Positions 47,042-59,431 of a stretch of 64,000 nucleotides of DNA are shown piece after piece; positions within the stretch are counted from its first letter, which is position 1, and every line of letters begins with the position of its first letter. A program made the translations under genes and the position numbers. Source of the stretch: Hormiphora californensis (lineage: Eukaryota; Animalia; Ctenophora); NCBI GenBank assembly GCA_020137815.1, contig CM035357.1:4712001-4776000 (forward strand), given 5' to 3'. Below the pieces are notes generated by a model that worked only from the letters and a program-made list of their open reading frames with translations, searched no databases and was not told the DNA's origin.

Positions 47042-47267
47042 TCCCATTTTTATATTACTCACAAGCCTTAGAATTTGAAGAAAAAAACATCAACGTATTT
47101 GCCAGTGACCTTAAATTACAAATTCTAAAGAAACTGTATGACGTGAAGGCCCTCCACCAGGTACTACTGGGTGCCCCACTGTATTTGTACAATTACCCAC
47201 CATGTGACACAGTACTGATAAAGAAAGGCCATCTCGTGCACGGTGTATAATATTTCACTTTTCAACC

Positions 47268-50200
47268 ATGGTTTTGCTGCTTCTTTGCTTCCTCGTAACA
47301 GGGGCCACAGCAGCTGTCAACTTTCCCTATAATCACCATGACAACATTGCTCAAAAACTCTCTACATTGGGTTCCCTCAACCAATCATCCTTGGCACCTT
47401 TCCTCACGGAGCTACTAAACTCGGTTGACATGGAACTAGTTCTGGAGAATGCAGTCAGAAACCTCGGGAACTCATCTACTTGTCTAACGAAACTAAACAC
47501 CCTGGCTTCGTTCTCAAACCCTGCTGAGTCAATTGCTTACTTTGATACACTGGGAAAACCAGCCTCGGGCCTAACCAGGAACTTCGCCGGATTCAACTTC
47601 CTAGGCAGTTATGATGAGTGTATGACATTAAAAAACAGCAGTTTAGGATATTACGAGTGGTGTGCGGCACACTTAACGGTCAACATCACCCTGGGTCCTG
47701 GGGTGATCTTCCCAGTTCCAGTTCGGTGGACGCTCTGCCAGCCGTGGGAGTGCAGGGAGGGGGACATCAGCACTGCTGTCAGCTCACTCTTCCAAGAGAT
47801 AACAATATTGTCAAAGGGAGTGGTGAAATTGGCCTCCTTCTACCAGATTTGTAACTACGAAGAAAGCTTCACAGCAGGAGCGTACATTGGTATGGTGTTG
47901 TCGGGGTTATTCGCAGTATTGGTTACCATGGCAACCATATACCGGGCTGTATCACCCGTGATAAGGAGTTTGTTGCGGCCTAGTAGTCCTGGAGACAAGA
48001 CGGTGCGGTGTCCGAGGATGGCATCCAAAGTGGGGGGACACCCAACAAGCAACACGTTCCTGATTCCAAACTGGACAGATTTATCAAGTGTTTTGCCCTC
48101 CAGGACACCATGTCCGATCTGACCAACACCAATGTCAAATCAGGACAAGTGTTGTGCCTGAATGGGATTAGAGTTCTCAGTATCAACTGGGTCGTCCTGG
48201 GACACACGTACATGTACTTTTTGGGTTGTAATGGAGATTTTGGGTACGTGGGCGAGGCACTACAACGCCATTCTTTTGATACCATCTCAAACGGTCTGCC
48301 GTCCGTGGACTCCTTCTTTGCACTCAGTGGTTTTCTGGTGGCATACCTGCTCCTAAAGCAGCTGACTAAAAAGGGACACCTTGCCCCATTTGAGTGGATC
48401 GCTTATTACGTTCACCGTTATATCAGACTGACAGTTCCTTTCTTAATGGTAATTCTGATCGAGGGATTCTGCTATCAAGTGTGGTTTACAGGACCCCAAA
48501 AACCTGAGACACAGGGAATTCCAGGTAACTAGGGGGTAACTAGGGGGTAACCAGAGGGTAACTAGATGCTAACTAGAGGGTAACTAGATGCTAACTAGAG
48601 GGTAACTAATAGTTACACAACTCATTTATGTGGTGATGCTAATTGACTACTAACACAATATCATATCAGGTTGTCACAAATCATGGTGGACTAATCTTCT
48701 CTATATCCAGAACTTGTATCCGTGGACACCAGATGCAACAAGCCAGTGTGTCGGTCAGGCGTGGTACCTGGCAAATGATATGCAGTTCTATATCATCGCA
48801 CCTTTCTTTATTCTCCCTCTATTTTACAAGCCTAAACTCGGTAATAATTCATCAATATCATCTTGAAGTGATTATCTAGTTATTTTTGGTGATCTCTCTA
48901 ATGGGAGACTGAGAAGTTTTATCCACCTTCAGGCTCACTGCCAAAGCTCTAAGTATCTAGTTAAGATAGTTACTAAAGTCGGACCGCGATAATTTACCAG
49001 GATCCTAGGGGAAACTGGTGAATCGGGATTCGGGGTCCGACATTATATCCCTAAATAATTCAGGAGCGATTCTACTAACGGGGGCAGTTGTAGCCAGCGC
49101 CATCACATCCGCAGTCCTAACCTACCACAACAACCTTGGCCTTTCCGTGCTGAGTGGAAATCCTGATGCCTTCTCGATGATTTACATCAAACCCTACACC
49201 AGGATCCCACCGTACCTGATCGGTGTTGCGGGGGGATGGTTTTATTGGGCTTGGGGAGAACGCATCACCTCAATCGTCTATAAAACACCAATGGTAAATA
49301 ACTAAATAAGGGTCTAGGAGATAACATATAATTAGCTATTTATTCTTTAAACCTATTCAGTGGGTTAATTTTAATGTGTTTCATGTGTTAACATTCTGTT
49401 TCAGTGCATTCGAGTTGCAGTTGCAGTGCCTCTATGGCTGGCCTCATTTGGCATGCAGTACGGGGTGGTGTATGGACCGCACAATGCCGCTGTAACTCAG
49501 GTGATACAGCAGAAATTAGCTCCGATGGTGGATTCTGTGTCGTATGGAAGCTTGGCACGCATCGCATGGGGAATCTCAATAGTCCTTCAGGTTTGTCGGG
49601 GGAACACTGTGCGTGTTGCAGTAGTCCTTTTCTGTACTGACTGACTATCAACAACCGCACAAGAAAGGTGGATTGCTGTTTCTGACACAGACAAAAAGAT
49701 ACAACCGATTCCGAGCCAAAACTAAAACTAAACCGAAACAAATAAATACTCATAAATGCAGCCACTTTTCTCTCTCTCTTCTCTACCTACTCAATCTCAT
49801 ACAACTCATCTCTCAAATCGGGGGGTCTCTATGCAGAGTCTCCGGACTCATTTAGTCGCCAGCATCTTAGGAAGCCACATTGCTAGACTAAGGCTGGATC
49901 TCAGACTAAAGCTCAGGCTATGCTTCAGATCACAGGAACTGACTCAATAGAATTGAACTCTCTCAGCAGAACTGTCTCCATACAGAACTCACTCTAGTGT
50001 CTCTACTCAACTCCAAACTCTCAGTCTCTCTCAGGAACTCTCTCATTCTCTAAGTGTCTCTCGAAGCAGAACTCGAGATCTCTGGAACTCGCACTCGCAG
50101 GAACTGCCTCTCAGGAACTGCCTCTCAGGAACTGTCGGGAACTGACAAGTGTCCTCTCCTCTTGTACCAGCTGACCACACCCGTCTTCTCCTCCACACGT

Positions 50201-53200
50201 TCTCCGTCTCCAATCCAGGGCGTAGGTAGTTCCCCATTGTCTCCAACTATCGGTAGATCTTCTGGAGCATCTGATTGGTTTGCTGCGGACTACTACGATT
50301 GTCAGCAAAAGCAGCTATTGTCTAACTTGGTACAAGCGGCATACCAGATCAAACCACACCCGTGTGAAGTTTCTCTTTCAGAAATAATCAGCCTTCTTCT
50401 CCTCCGGGAACAATGCATTCAATCCGGTCAATACAAAATAACTCAGACTGCAGTGGTCAACAATACTGTAGCGGTGAAACAATGAATAAACTCAGGTTTA
50501 TTACCACAACAGCAAAACAAGCCGAAAGCCAACAACAAACTCACATTCAGATGATAAACATACATAACTACCGACAAACATGCATAGTGGATCAGCTGCC
50601 AGTTCAGCTGATGCCACATCCACCCCTCTCTCCGAAGAGAAGAACTGCAGGTTCATTACATACTGCTGTTAAACAAATTCCCTGTGGAAATACTAATAAC
50701 ACCTATCCGATCAAAACACCACCATATGTCCTATTTTTAATTTTGTACCAGCAGCAGGCTGAGGTAACATCCATCCGGGATCTAGTTCTGTTGGCCGAAC
50801 TCAACTGACATTACTGCATGTCATTTTAACCATTCGGTTACATCACTCCTCCACCAGACATCAGTGTCACCATAGTTTGCGGTTTTTATTAATCCTATCT
50901 CACCTAAGACCAGTGTTCTCAGGAACAATACATTTAGTGAATTTAACTATCAGGGCTCTAATATAGTTCAACTTCGCGGGAAGCTAATTCTAACCTACAC
51001 CACAATTCATCCGTTAATCCTCAGGATTAACTACACTATAGCAGACAGGCAAACTAAATCCCGATTTCGCCGGAAATCACCAGATGCTTCTGTGCAACTC
51101 ATTATATCCGTAACAGAAACAAACAGATACCGCGGGGAAACTTAACAAGACTTGACCTGCTTCAGTGCGGGGTTTCAGACCTTCAGAGTCTCAGTTTTGG
51201 GCCCCTGCTAATGAACCGAAAAAAACATGCTACACTCAATGCTTCTCTCTCACACTTCACTACCACTTAAAAACTACAAGTCCACCTATAACACAGAAAC
51301 TAAAAACTTACAGACACATAGACAAACACCATCTAACTCAAATCTCTCGAACTCTCAACTCTCACTCTTCCAGAGACAACACTACACTATACACTACCAC
51401 TACAAATAAATAACAAGACATCAGGTCCAGGACTACACCATGCCCATCAGAGGCACACTCCAGCAGTAACAATCCACTGCATCTAGTTCCGCTTGCAGAG
51501 TACATACTTGGCGAGGTCATGCTTGATCAGTGGGGCGCCAACTGGTGACCAGTCCCGCACAGCATGGCCAGTGCCATACGAGACCAGCGATCACCGCGAA
51601 GGACTGACTATTTGTTAGCGGTCCACCACCGACCAATCACACCAAACTTCCTACAAGCCGAACCATTACCAGTACTGGCCTGGGGACTAGTATACAACAA
51701 ACAGGCCTAATCAAACTTCAGAAACGGTCTACGTGACTCGTTTTTCTCCGGCGTTCACCGCCACACCCCAGGCTGAACAAAACACTTAACAACACTCTCC
51801 GGAAACGTCTTAACTCTGCGTTCGCCAAGTACTGTCCGTGCACATTTCAAAAAATCCTCAATTCTTCATACTCTATATCTCTTCCGTGAGATATACCCGT
51901 TTATCCTCCGGCTACTCCTACCGGGCCATTCTTACATAGACAACTCAGAACAATTCCACAATCTAAATGACAGTACAACACTCTTACACGTCCTTCTAAG
52001 CACACACAAACTCACTAACACACACCAACAATCTGTGCTTAGCAAATACAACCAAGATAAACCACAAACCAGAAGCAACACAAGAATTAGCAGAGAAAAT
52101 CCACTCAGACAAACTACTAAACCTGGCTATAGCAGAGCCAATTACTGAATGAACTGCTTCACTTCCAGTCATCCTCACCCCTTTATACCAAGGTCTTCTC
52201 CAGAAATCGAACTACAGGTCCTAATTTCAGATGCCATCTACCATTTCCAAATCATCAGGATTCCGTATGCTGCTCAGTACCACTGCAAAACACTCCGAGA
52301 TCCCCTGAAACGGAGTCCTATAGGACCGGACTACGAGCACAGACGTACCGTGTCTAACTATAACTGCAGCTGACTTCCACCAGGCTTCCTACCTCGAACC
52401 AATCGATACAGCCGTGTAACGAGATTATATCCTGGAATTCACCGGATTTCCAAAACTTTTCAGGCCAAGCTTAAGTGGAACTCGGATTCGCCCTAAAATC
52501 TCCTTCATTGTCATCGAGCAGTCGAGCAGTTTACACCATCAGGGCGTCTCACCAGTTCAGAAAAATTTAGCCTTCAGACAATCGAGACATATTGTTCCTC
52601 CAGAGCAACAATGAAACTGAAAACGGGTTTCAAATTTCTGAGCGAAATAACATCATACCTCCGGGCTACCGCGACATAACGGAAGTCGACCAAAAAGCGG
52701 GGAAAAACACAAGCGGATCAACTTCTTTCTGGCCTCCGGGCTCTGCGGGACAGCAGCAATCCCTTCCTTCATCAGGGAAAATGGAAATATTTAGCTGTAA
52801 ATCAGTTTTCAGCTATCATATCAGATCAAAAATTTACCTTCGGCTTACAACGAGTCAACGGGACTACGATCAAATGCAAAGACTAATCATCATCACCTCG
52901 GGGCTCTTACGGGACAACAGTCAACAGCAATCCCTAGCTGAAAACGGTTTTTAGCTAACTCATCAGATCAGAATTCTTACCTCCGGGCAACAGCACAGTA
53001 AGAAAACAGAACAATTTTCAAAAACGGGGAAGACAACACAACGACTAACTCTTAATAGCCTCCGGGCTACTACGACATAACAGATATACACCAAATAGCA
53101 GGGAACAAACACGAGCGGATGAACTTTTCTCCGGCCTCCGGGCTCTACGGAACAGCAGCAATCCCACCGAAGCCACCATTTTGTGCGTGTTGCAGTAGTC

Positions 53201-54820
53201 CTTTTCTGTACTGACTGACTATCAACAACCGCACAAGAAAGGTGGATTGCTGTTTCTGACACAGACAAAAAGATACAACCGATTCCGAGCCAAAACTAAA
53301 ACTAAACCGAAACAATAAAATACTCATAAATGCAGCCACTTTTCTCTCTCTCTCTCTACTCTACTCAATCTCATACATAACTCATCTCTCAAATGCGGGG
53401 CTCTCTATGCAGAGTCTCCGGACTCATTTAGTCGCCAGCATCTTAGGAAGCCACATTGCTAGACTAAGGCTGGATCTCAGACTAAAGCTCAGGCTATGCT
53501 TCAGATCACAGGAACTGACTCAAAGAATTGAAACTCTCTCAGCAGAACTTGTCCCATACAGAACTCACTCTAGGTGTCTCTACTCAACTCCAAACTCTCA
53601 GTCTCCTCAGGAACTCTTCTCATTCTCTAAGTGTCTCTCGAAGCAGAACTCGGATCTCTGGAACTCGCACTCGCAGGAACTGCCTCTAGGAACTGCCTCT
53701 AGGAACTGTCGGAACTGACAAGTGTCCCTCCTCTTGCAGTGACACACCCGTCTTCTCCTCCACCACGTTCTCGTCTCCAATCCAGGGGTAGGTAGTTCCC
53801 ATTGTCTCCAACTATCGGTGATCTCTGGAGCATCTGATGGTTTGCGCGGACTACTACGATTGTCAGACAAAAGCCAGCTTGTCCACCTTGGTAACAGCGG
53901 GCATACAGATCAAAAACCACACCCGGTGACTTCTCTTTCAGAATAATCAGCCTTTCTTCTCCTCCGGGAACAATGCATTCTAATCCGGTCAATACAAAAT
54001 AACTCAGACTGCAGTGTCTAACAATACTGTAGCGGTGAAACAATGAATAAACTCAGGTTTATTACCACAACAGACAAACAAGCCGAAAGCCAACAACAAA
54101 CTCACATTCAGATGATAAACATACATAACTACCGACAAACATGCATAGTGGATCAGCTGCCAGTTCAGCTGATGCCACAACACATGTGTAGCTGGTTACC
54201 AGTACCTCAGTGCATTATAATAATATTAAGTGTAATTTAGGCGCATTGAGAACATGCAGTTCAAATTGAAATAAACATGTACCTAACATCTTTCCAATTC
54301 CAGATTCTACTGTGTCAGTGTTCGTTGGGTGGATTTATTAACTCCCTGCTCTCTACTGTTGGTTACCATGGTAACCCCCCTTCATAATGGTAACCATGGT
54401 AACCCTTTCCAATTCCAGGTGCTGCTGTGTCAGTGTTCGCTGGGCGGATTTATTAATTCACTGCTCTCATGGAAGGGTTGGCTGGTCTTCTCCCGTCTAA
54501 CCTACTCAGTCTACCTGGTTCATCTTGGTCTCCTGGCTATTGTCCAAATGCAAATGAGAGGCCCATTCTTCCTTCAACCTGCCTTCCAAATGGTTTGTTA
54601 ATTGCAATAATTCACCATAATAATCCTCTTGCGAACACCCTTCAGGTTCGCCCTATTAATCTGTCTGAAAGCCATTTCAAGCCTGATTACTTGTTCACCT
54701 CTCCCGATTCAGGCGATTGTCTATCTCGGTGTGATGTTTATGAGTTACCTTTGGGGAGCAGTGCTTTACCTGTTGGTGGAATTACCTGTTTCAAAGCTTG
54801 AGAGGATCATCTACCGTTAA
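47268..54820 (+). CDS. NRF-6 / O-acyltransferase-like protein (NRF domain + acyltransferase-3) (exons ~47268-48524, 48670-48840, 49063-49293, 49404-49590, 54419-54592, 54713-54820)
   Basis: Signal peptide; FLGSYDEC; CLNGIRVLSINWVVLGHT; SVDSFFALSGFLVAY; HRYIRLT; WWTNLLYIQN; WYLANDMQFY; YIKPYTRIPPYLIG; SRLTYSVYLVH; LVELPVSKLE. One indel near 48000. Confidence 0.9.
49608..54179 (-). mobile_element. Non-autonomous LTR retroelement: ~1-kb LTRs (49608-50618, 53182-54179), PBS, PPT, 4-bp TSD ACAC
   Basis: TG...CA LTRs; minus-strand PBS TGGTGGCTTCGGTGGGAT (~53161-53178); PPT GGAGAGAGGGGTGGA (~50619-50633); no recognisable gag/pol in the 2.56-kb interior. Confidence 0.88.
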
Positions 54821-55489
54821 ACACATTTTTTAGAACGACAGAATTTGGGCCAAAGTGGGACATTTGGCAACGCCTTTGATAGAGTATCTGTCAATAGAAA
54901 AAAGAAGAAGCTCCGCTTTTTAGAGACATTTATAGAGACATTTATAGTGCTGCTGCTAGCAGTCCCGGATGCCTACTGCTATTTAGGAATTTAATATTAC
55001 TCCCGGGTACATCTGAGAAGATAAATATAATTGTAGCACATTAACTGACGTTTTCAAATTGAAAAACTTTTGTAATTTTCAATTCCAAAACCACGAGGCT
55101 GGGCGCCGTGATAATTAAAGTACTTTGTGGACTACAATTCGTGCTGCTGACCACTAAATCAATGTTTGAAACCACTCAGCCGCTTTAGATAAATATCGAC
55201 AGCCCTAACTAACCGTTTAAAAGTTCGACCGACTGACAGAAACCTAAGCTTCATAAACCGTGAGCAACAGCACACAACTCTGGCAATAAGAAAGTGATGA
55301 CCCCGGGTGGCAGGAAAACAAGGACACTTAACGACCGCCGGACCCGAGCCTCGATAGAACGTGGGAGGAAATCACTGTCACAGATTGCAGACCTATCAAA
55401 TTGGCTGGTGGCCTCTTATCGTCCAAAAATGATCGTTTTGGTCCATAATCCACTCATTTTTTACAGAATGTTATGCTCTAACAAATTAT

Positions 55490-55751
55490 CTTAACATCTT
55501 CGTTCCAATCTGATAACCGACCGAGACCAGTAATTGTTACACTTGAAAGGAGGGAAACTTTGTTACAACTTCTAAGAAAAGCAAAACAGCTCCGAGATTC
55601 AGAGAAATTCTCCTCGGTGTTTCTCTCCCCCGACCTAACACCGGAGGAGCAGCGAGAGCGGAAAACTCTCGTTGATACAGTGAAAGGACTGAGGCGAGAC
55701 AATCCGAATGGACGATACTGGGTTAGCAGGGGGGTAATTAAATGTGGCTGA
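55490..55751 (+). mobile_element. Fragment of a LINE ORF1 C-terminus
   Basis: RPRPVIVTL..LLRKAKQLRDSEKFSSVFLSPDLTPEEQRERKTLV, typical of CR1/L2-type ORF1 ends. Confidence 0.6.
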
Positions 55752-55844
55752 CCTGTAATTTGTACTCTAAAGAGACTTCAAAAGGAACCTTATGACTATC
55801 AATTTAGCCCACAAAAAGGGGCAGTATATGTTGTATTTTATAGT

Positions 55845-57750
55845 TTACAAGTTTACAAGTTTACAATAAAAGTTTTAGTGTACACAACAGGCCTTCCCTT
55901 AGTGGGTCCACCTAAATAAATTAAACACGTATCACCTCTCAGCCACTCTCAGACATTTACAGCACATTGAGGGGAAATATCGTTGGGAAGTGATGGATAG
56001 CCTCTGACAGTGGGACGGTCATAAAAGCCTGTCAAGTAATTGCCCAGGGATGATTTGAATTGACCTAAGCTTCCGCAAGAGTTAACGGTCGCTGGCAACC
56101 TGTTCCACAGGCGAGCAGCTCTCGGTCCGAAGGAAGAATGGTACTGATTCGCTCTCCAGGTCTCAGCCCGATAAGGAAACACTGGTGGGACTAACCTCAT
56201 ACCCAGCCTTGCACTGTGTTGGAACACAAGATTTGCAGAATTCGGAACAAACCCATGGATCGTCTTCCACACATGTATCAACATGTAACGTTGTCTCCTA
56301 CGTTGAAGAGACATCAGGTTGAGAACTTTTAATCTCTCCCAATAGTCGAGATTCTGCATTCCATCAAGTCTTCTAGTAAAACACCGTTGGACGTTCTCAA
56401 TTGACTTGATGTCCCCAGACTTTGACGGATCCCAGACCAGACAACAATACTCCAAAATTGGTCTGACCAGTGATTTGAAGAGTTGCAACATTACCTCTGG
56501 TGAACGATCTCGAAAAACACTGAAAATCCACCCAGATAGGAGAGAGGCTCTCCTCACAATGGTGGCAATGTGCTTAGACCAAGAACCATCCGAGGACATC
56601 TGGACACCCAAGTCACGGACATCAGCTTCAGGAAACAGTTGTACTCCAGATTTTGTGGTATACGAACATATGTCAACTGAAAAAGGGAATTCCTTGTAGA
56701 TTGCCGACTTGTTCAGTCTGTAACTCAGGAGTTGAAATTTCTGATCATGTAGCACCATATTGTTTATCTTGGCCCATTCTGTAACCTTCAAAAGATCAGA
56801 TTGTAAACCCTCCTGATCAACAATATCTGTTATGGCTTTCATTAACTTGGTATCATCCGCAAAGGTGAGACACATACTACCATCCAGTACAGATTCCAGG
56901 TCCAGTATATAAATAAGGAAGAGGAGAGGGCCCAGGACACTACCCTGCGCCACCCCGCTGAGCACCTCCACCCATGGTGACCTAACCCCATCCACCATCA
57001 CACACTGCTGCCTGCCCAGGATCCACGCACTGATCCACTGATGAAGTTTTCCTCCAATCCCGTACCTTTTCAACTTAGCTAGCAACACATTGATATCCAC
57101 AGAGTCAAAAGCTTTAGAAAAGTCTAAATAGAGAACATCAACTTCTCTATCTCCACAGAGTTCAGTTAGGATGTAGTCAACATGAGATAACAGTTGGGAC
57201 ATAGTGCTACGTCCCTTTCGAAAACCGTGTTGCGTTTCACTCTGTAACTGCATCTCATCCAAATAATCAGCTATTCTCTTTCTGACTAGCCGCTCAAACA
57301 CCTTCGATAGGTGACTGGTGATCGACACAGGGCGATAATTTGCCGTCGTAGACTTCGACCCTTTCTTAAAGATCGGTGTTATGAACTGCTGCTTTAAACA
57401 ATTTGGAACAGCCCCATCTTCAAATGACTTGTTCCATAACATCCATATAGGATAAGACAAGCTGCTGTTACATCGTTTCAGAATGCACGAAGGAATGCAG
57501 CCCGGAGGTGAGGCCGAAAAGGGTTTAAGCTCCTCTAGTGTACTCTGGATACAATTCTGTGAAAAATCCATGGTCGTCAGGATCTCACCAAGGTCCTCAA
57601 TGTTACCTGCTGCCACAGAGGGATCAATAGCCGCCGGATTGCTGAAGACGCTAGCAAACTGGTGTTGTAGTAGGTTAGCCTTCTCCAGGGGGTCCACAGT
57701 TAAGGAACCATCCGCACGCTCAAGGGGGGCAACTGATGATTTAACCTTTA
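55845..57750 (-). mobile_element. 5'-truncated CR1-like LINE with an open RT frame (ORF 55949-57805)
   Basis: NYRPVSITSHLSKVFER, QHGFRKGRST, YLDFSKAFDSV, SGVAQGSVLGPLLF, FADD; (GTAAACTT)-type tail near 55845-55866. Confidence 0.92.
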
Positions 57751-58380
57751 ACCAATATAATAATAAATAATAATAATAGTAACAGTTTATATCCCGCTCT
57801 GACACAGTTTGTAATACGCAAATGGTCCGCCTTTCCGAAAAACAGTGACTGCAACCAGATGCCTGCTCCTAGAGCGGTCCTTTTTCTTCGGCGTATGGTG
57901 AGATTAGGAGGTGATTTTCTTATGGGTGATTGATCAGGCATGGACGTGATTATCGGCAACACGTTTTCTGAGGAGGTATATTCCTCGGGAGGGTTATTTG
58001 CTCCCAAGGTTGACGGCTAGTGTCTCAAGCCTAGATTGGGTACTACACACAGTGGAAAGGACAACAGCACTGACAGTGAAAGGAAAAACCGATGGGTAGT
58101 AGATCGACAGTAAAACAGCAGACCAACAGACAGGACTAAGGAAAACTAAGGACAAAACTATGAGTCAGAATATTTAGTGGAACTAACAGACGCCCAGAAT
58201 CATAGGTTGAGACACCACCAAGGAGGGGGGGAGGGGTAGGTAGGGGATTTTTTTTTGTTTTTTTTTGTTGTTTTTTTATTGTTTTTTTTGTTGTTTTTTT
58301 TTGTTTTTTTTTGTTTTTTTTGTTGTTTTTTTTTGTTTTGTTTTTTGTTTTTGTTTTTTTTTTTGTTTTTTTTTTGTTTT

Positions 58381-58428
<48 letters not shown>

Positions 58429-59431
58429 TTTTTTGTTTTTTTTTTTTTTTTTTTTTTTTTTTTTCTTTTATCAATAAATTAGGTCATCAATAAATTATCT
58501 CTACAATTCGTCTACAAAAGAAACAGCCCTGGGTACGCCCAAAAAATTAAAACTCATAAAAAAATAGAAACTTCCATCCCGTAACAAATATATAACAATA
58601 TATAACCTTTAACCAATATATACATTTTAGATTTAATAATAATAATTTGGCATACGTTGCAGGCCCCTTATAATATAATATAAGGGGCCTGGAGGGAATA
58701 CCGCGCTAGGGGGGAAAACATAATCAATCATATCTCCGGATCCAGATAAGGTACAGAAATCGTTTTGGTAGCGTTGGAAAGAGGAAGATAACAGCTTTCA
58801 AATGCAACCGGTTTCAGGTCTCTATCTTATTAGGAACAGGAGATATGAACCAAACTCCGCAAAATCGAGTGCGGTAAAATAAAAAAATTCGAGATTTTAA
58901 TTCAAATTTGAAACAAAGTGTCCCTGCAGGGATCTGTGACGTCACTTTTTGAAAACAACCAATCTTTGAACGGCTATTGCTCAGCCTCCTCAAATCCAAT
59001 TAACTTCTCTCAAAAACAGCAAGGTAGATAATTGTCAGATCTAACAGCTAGTGAAAGAATCAAGCAAAACGGACTTCAGGGGCCAAAGTTATAAGCACCG
59101 CCGTTTTTTCGCTCGCAAAGTTATTTTCGACCCAGCCGGGCTCAGGCCAAACGCGCGCGCGGCATTCCCTTCAGTCCCCTCGTTGCGGGTAGCAGGTAAG
59201 TACTCACGCGGTTCTTCACATGTTGGTACGTGCGCGCGAAGAATACTAGTCCAGAAATATGCAGAAAGGCGTCCGCGCGTTACATCAATCTCGACCGTCC
59301 TACAAATTATACACTACACAGTACACACCCAAAAATACACCAATGTACAAGACATACCAAGACGTACCAAGACTTAACAGCAGCTTTACCGTGGAACATT
59401 CTTTTTTAGTCAAGTGGAGAAAACTCGAATT

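Noticed and set aside
58136-58493. Poly-K / poly-F ORFs
   Set aside because: T-rich low-complexity tract, probably low-quality sequence or a retro-tail
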